A stretch of 32,000 nt of DNA. Source: an archaeon (GTDB lineage: Archaea > Iainarchaeota > Iainarchaeia > Iainarchaeales > CSSED10-239). The notes below the pieces were generated by a model. The model was not told the DNA's origin and made no database searches. It was given only the letters and a program-made list of their open reading frames with translations. Location: contig DAOMZT010000001.1 of assembly GCA_035400625.1 (NCBI GenBank), positions 350,004-382,003 of the forward strand, given 5' to 3'. How positions within the stretch are numbered: the stretch's first letter is position 1; every line of letters begins with the position of its first letter. Below are positions 30,628 through 32,000 of the stretch, piece after piece. The position numbers and the translations under genes were made by a program.

Positions 30628-32000
30628 ATGAGAGCAAGAGAATATTTTGTTATATCTATAATTCTATTATTATTCATATCTAGTAGTGTTTACTCTGAAG
30701 AAATTTTTGCAAAAAAAACAAGTTTAGAAATTAATGATAAAGAAATAAAACTAGAAGAAAATATTCAAGAAAAATATCAAGAAGATGTTTTCTTTCCACC
30801 AGAAGAATATCTTCTAAAGCAAGGAATGACTCTTGAAAGTTACAAGCAATCATTGATAGACAATGCACCAAAAAACCGAAACTCAAGTGTTAATAACATT
30901 GATGGCACATCGCCATTAACAGGTAACATCCACATTCCTGTTTTACTTGTTGAGTTTACAGATAAGCCACACACTTTATCTTTAACAGACATCAATGCTG
31001 CATTTAACAGTCCTAATTATTTAAATGGCCAAGGAATAAGTGTAAGCAAATACTACGCTAAGCAATCTTATGGAGCATTAAATGTTACTTTTGATGTTTT
31101 TGGCTGGCAGACAGCTCCTCATACCTATTCATATTATAGTCAAAACAACAACACAAATTTTCAAATGGAATTAGATACAATTAATCTTTTTAATTCCACT
31201 ATAGATTATAGTCAATATGATAATGATGGCAGTGGAAGAATAGATGGCTTTGTAATAATTTATGCTGGAAAAGCAGGCGTTGCACCAAATGCCGTTTGGC
31301 CACATGCAAGAATCGTGCGAAACTATACTGGCAATCCAGTAGATGGCAAATACCTTGGTAATATTGCTGTAGTTCCTGAGCTTGGTCATTTTGGTAATCA
31401 ATTTGAGATTCCTGTAACAACACACGAGTTTGCACATGTTCTTGGCTTAATGGATCTTTATAGCATAGGTCCAAACGGTTCAGGAAGTGGCCCAATAAAA
31501 AATTTTACCATGATGATTTTTGATGATGATTATTGTCTTAATAAGCCAATCAATCTTGATGTTTGGTCAAGATATTTCCTTGGCTGGATAGACCCTATTG
31601 TTCTGACAACGGATAGCCAAAAAGAAATAAGTCTAAGAAGTGTAAATGATTACCCAGATGCAGTAATTCTAAAAAACAACAACATGACGGCAAGAGAATT
31701 TTTCATAATCGAAAACAGACACAGAAATGCAAGCGACCCAAACAATCTAGATAACTGTATGTTTAGTAATTCATCATCTACAAGAGGAGGTTTTGCAATC
31801 TATCATGTTGATGAGAATAAGATAGAGGCACATTATCCTAATAATTGGGTAAACTGGGATCCTGATGGTAACTATTTTGATGACACAATAAGCCATCCAG
31901 GAATAATGTACGAAAAAAACTATATAAGTAATTATAATGGAGGGGGTCATGGCACAGTAGACATGTATTTTAATGCAACAGTGGAGGGTTGCGATTCTTT
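30628..32000 (+). CDS. Secreted M6-family (immune inhibitor A / InhA-like) zinc metalloprotease, 3' end cut by the window edge
   Basis: Absent from the ORF track because there is no in-window stop. Hand translation from ATG 30628 is open to nt 32000. It has the signal peptide 'MRAREYFVISIILLLFISSSVYS'. 'IHIPVLLVEFTD', 'GRIDGFVIIYAG' and the zinc motif 'THEFAHVLGLMDLY' (HExxH...DLY) are hallmarks of M6 peptidases. Confidence 0.8.
   Translation, partial: MRAREYFVISIILLLFISSSVYSEEIFAKKTSLEINDKEIKLEENIQEKYQEDVFFPPEEYLLKQGMTLESYKQSLIDNAPKNRNSSVNNIDGTSPLTGNIHIPVLLVEFTDKPHTLSLTDINAAFNSPNYLNGQGISVSKYYAKQSYGALNVTFDVFGWQTAPHTYSYYSQNNNTNFQMELDTINLFNSTIDYSQYDNDGSGRIDGFVIIYAGKAGVAPNAVWPHARIVRNYTGNPVDGKYLGNIAVVPELGHFGNQFEIPVTTHEFAHVLGLMDLYSIGPNGSGSGPIKNFTMMIFDDDYCLNKPINLDVWSRYFLGWIDPIVLTTDSQKEISLRSVNDYPDAVILKNNNMTAREFFIIENRHRNASDPNNLDNCMFSNSSSTRGGFAIYHVDENKIEAHYPNNWVNWDPDGNYFDDTISHPGIMYEKNYISNYNGGGHGTVDMYFNATVEGCDS

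Noticed and set aside
1371-31495. Numerous 60-130-aa ORFs on the strand opposite to, or out of frame within, recognisable genes. Examples are 1371-1691, 3486-3737, 4447-4641, 4825-5124, 5319-5552, 5826-6224, 6982-7176, 8529-8918, 8927-9169, 9822-10043, 10997-11248, 11497-11991, 12271-12495, 13574-13777 and 14385-14699. Further examples are 14994-15339, 15257-15505, 15688-16048, 16390-16584, 17204-17503, 18677-19024, 19703-19897, 20571-20945, 21693-22025, 23065-23433, 23879-24067, 28079-28551, 29819-30034 and 31171-31495.
   Set aside because: Each lies inside a longer ORF that has clear family motifs or a coherent domain structure. Their translations have the Phe/Leu/Ser/Ile-rich or low-complexity composition expected from the antisense of Lys/Glu/Asn-rich AT-biased genes. 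None has a motif or a plausible ribosome-binding context.
1-32000. Search for tRNA, rRNA, CRISPR arrays, transposases/integrases, long terminal or inverted repeats, and alternative genetic code signals.
   Set aside because: No GC-rich cloverleaf-like segments exist in any spacer, and there are no regularly spaced direct repeats. No ORF has transposase, integrase or Cas motifs. TGA, TAA and TAG all terminate well-recognised genes at the expected lengths, so there is no sign of stop-codon reassignment or programmed frameshifting.

Overview
AT-rich (roughly 30% GC by eye), very gene-dense fragment of an archaeal genome, coded almost entirely on the plus strand. Archaeal identity is supported by aIF5A with the hypusine-site motif, archaeal-type PheRS alpha/beta, an Sm-like protein, the uL1-P0-P1 stalk operon, eS8, a Hef/XPF repair pair, and class III (prepilin-type) signal peptides. 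Small proteins, short spacers, ATGA start/stop overlaps, a truncated P0 and many Lys-rich orphan proteins suggest a reduced-genome DPANN-type archaeon; this is inference and I cannot run taxonomy. Standard code is used: TGA, TAA and TAG all terminate recognisable genes. Positions 1-15.5 kb are mainly housekeeping: pheS/pheT, aIF5A, a NYN/PATAN-like/Roadblock-like/MinD operon, Sm, enolase, stalk proteins, and a Hef helicase and XPF nuclease split by a RelE-type toxin-antitoxin pair. Positions 15.5-32 kb are a cell-surface/accessory region. It holds a Cys-rich anchored protein, an archaeosortase-like protein translationally coupled to eS8, an 884-aa C-terminally anchored beta-sandwich surface protein, and two tandem giant proteins (544 and 876 aa) with prepilin-type N-termini. 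It also holds a very AT-rich four-gene operon (divergent GAPDH-like dehydrogenase, nucleotidyltransferase, P-loop kinase, glycosyltransferase-Nudix fusion) and a secreted M6 (InhA-like) metalloprotease that runs off the right edge and is missing from the ORF track. The most promising candidates for an undescribed system are the archaeosortase / anchored protein / giant pilin-headed adhesin neighbourhood (17.0-26.4 kb) and the adjacent four-gene operon (26.7-30.4 kb). I found no rRNA, tRNA, CRISPR array, transposase or integrase. All family assignments come from motif recognition by eye, not from searches.
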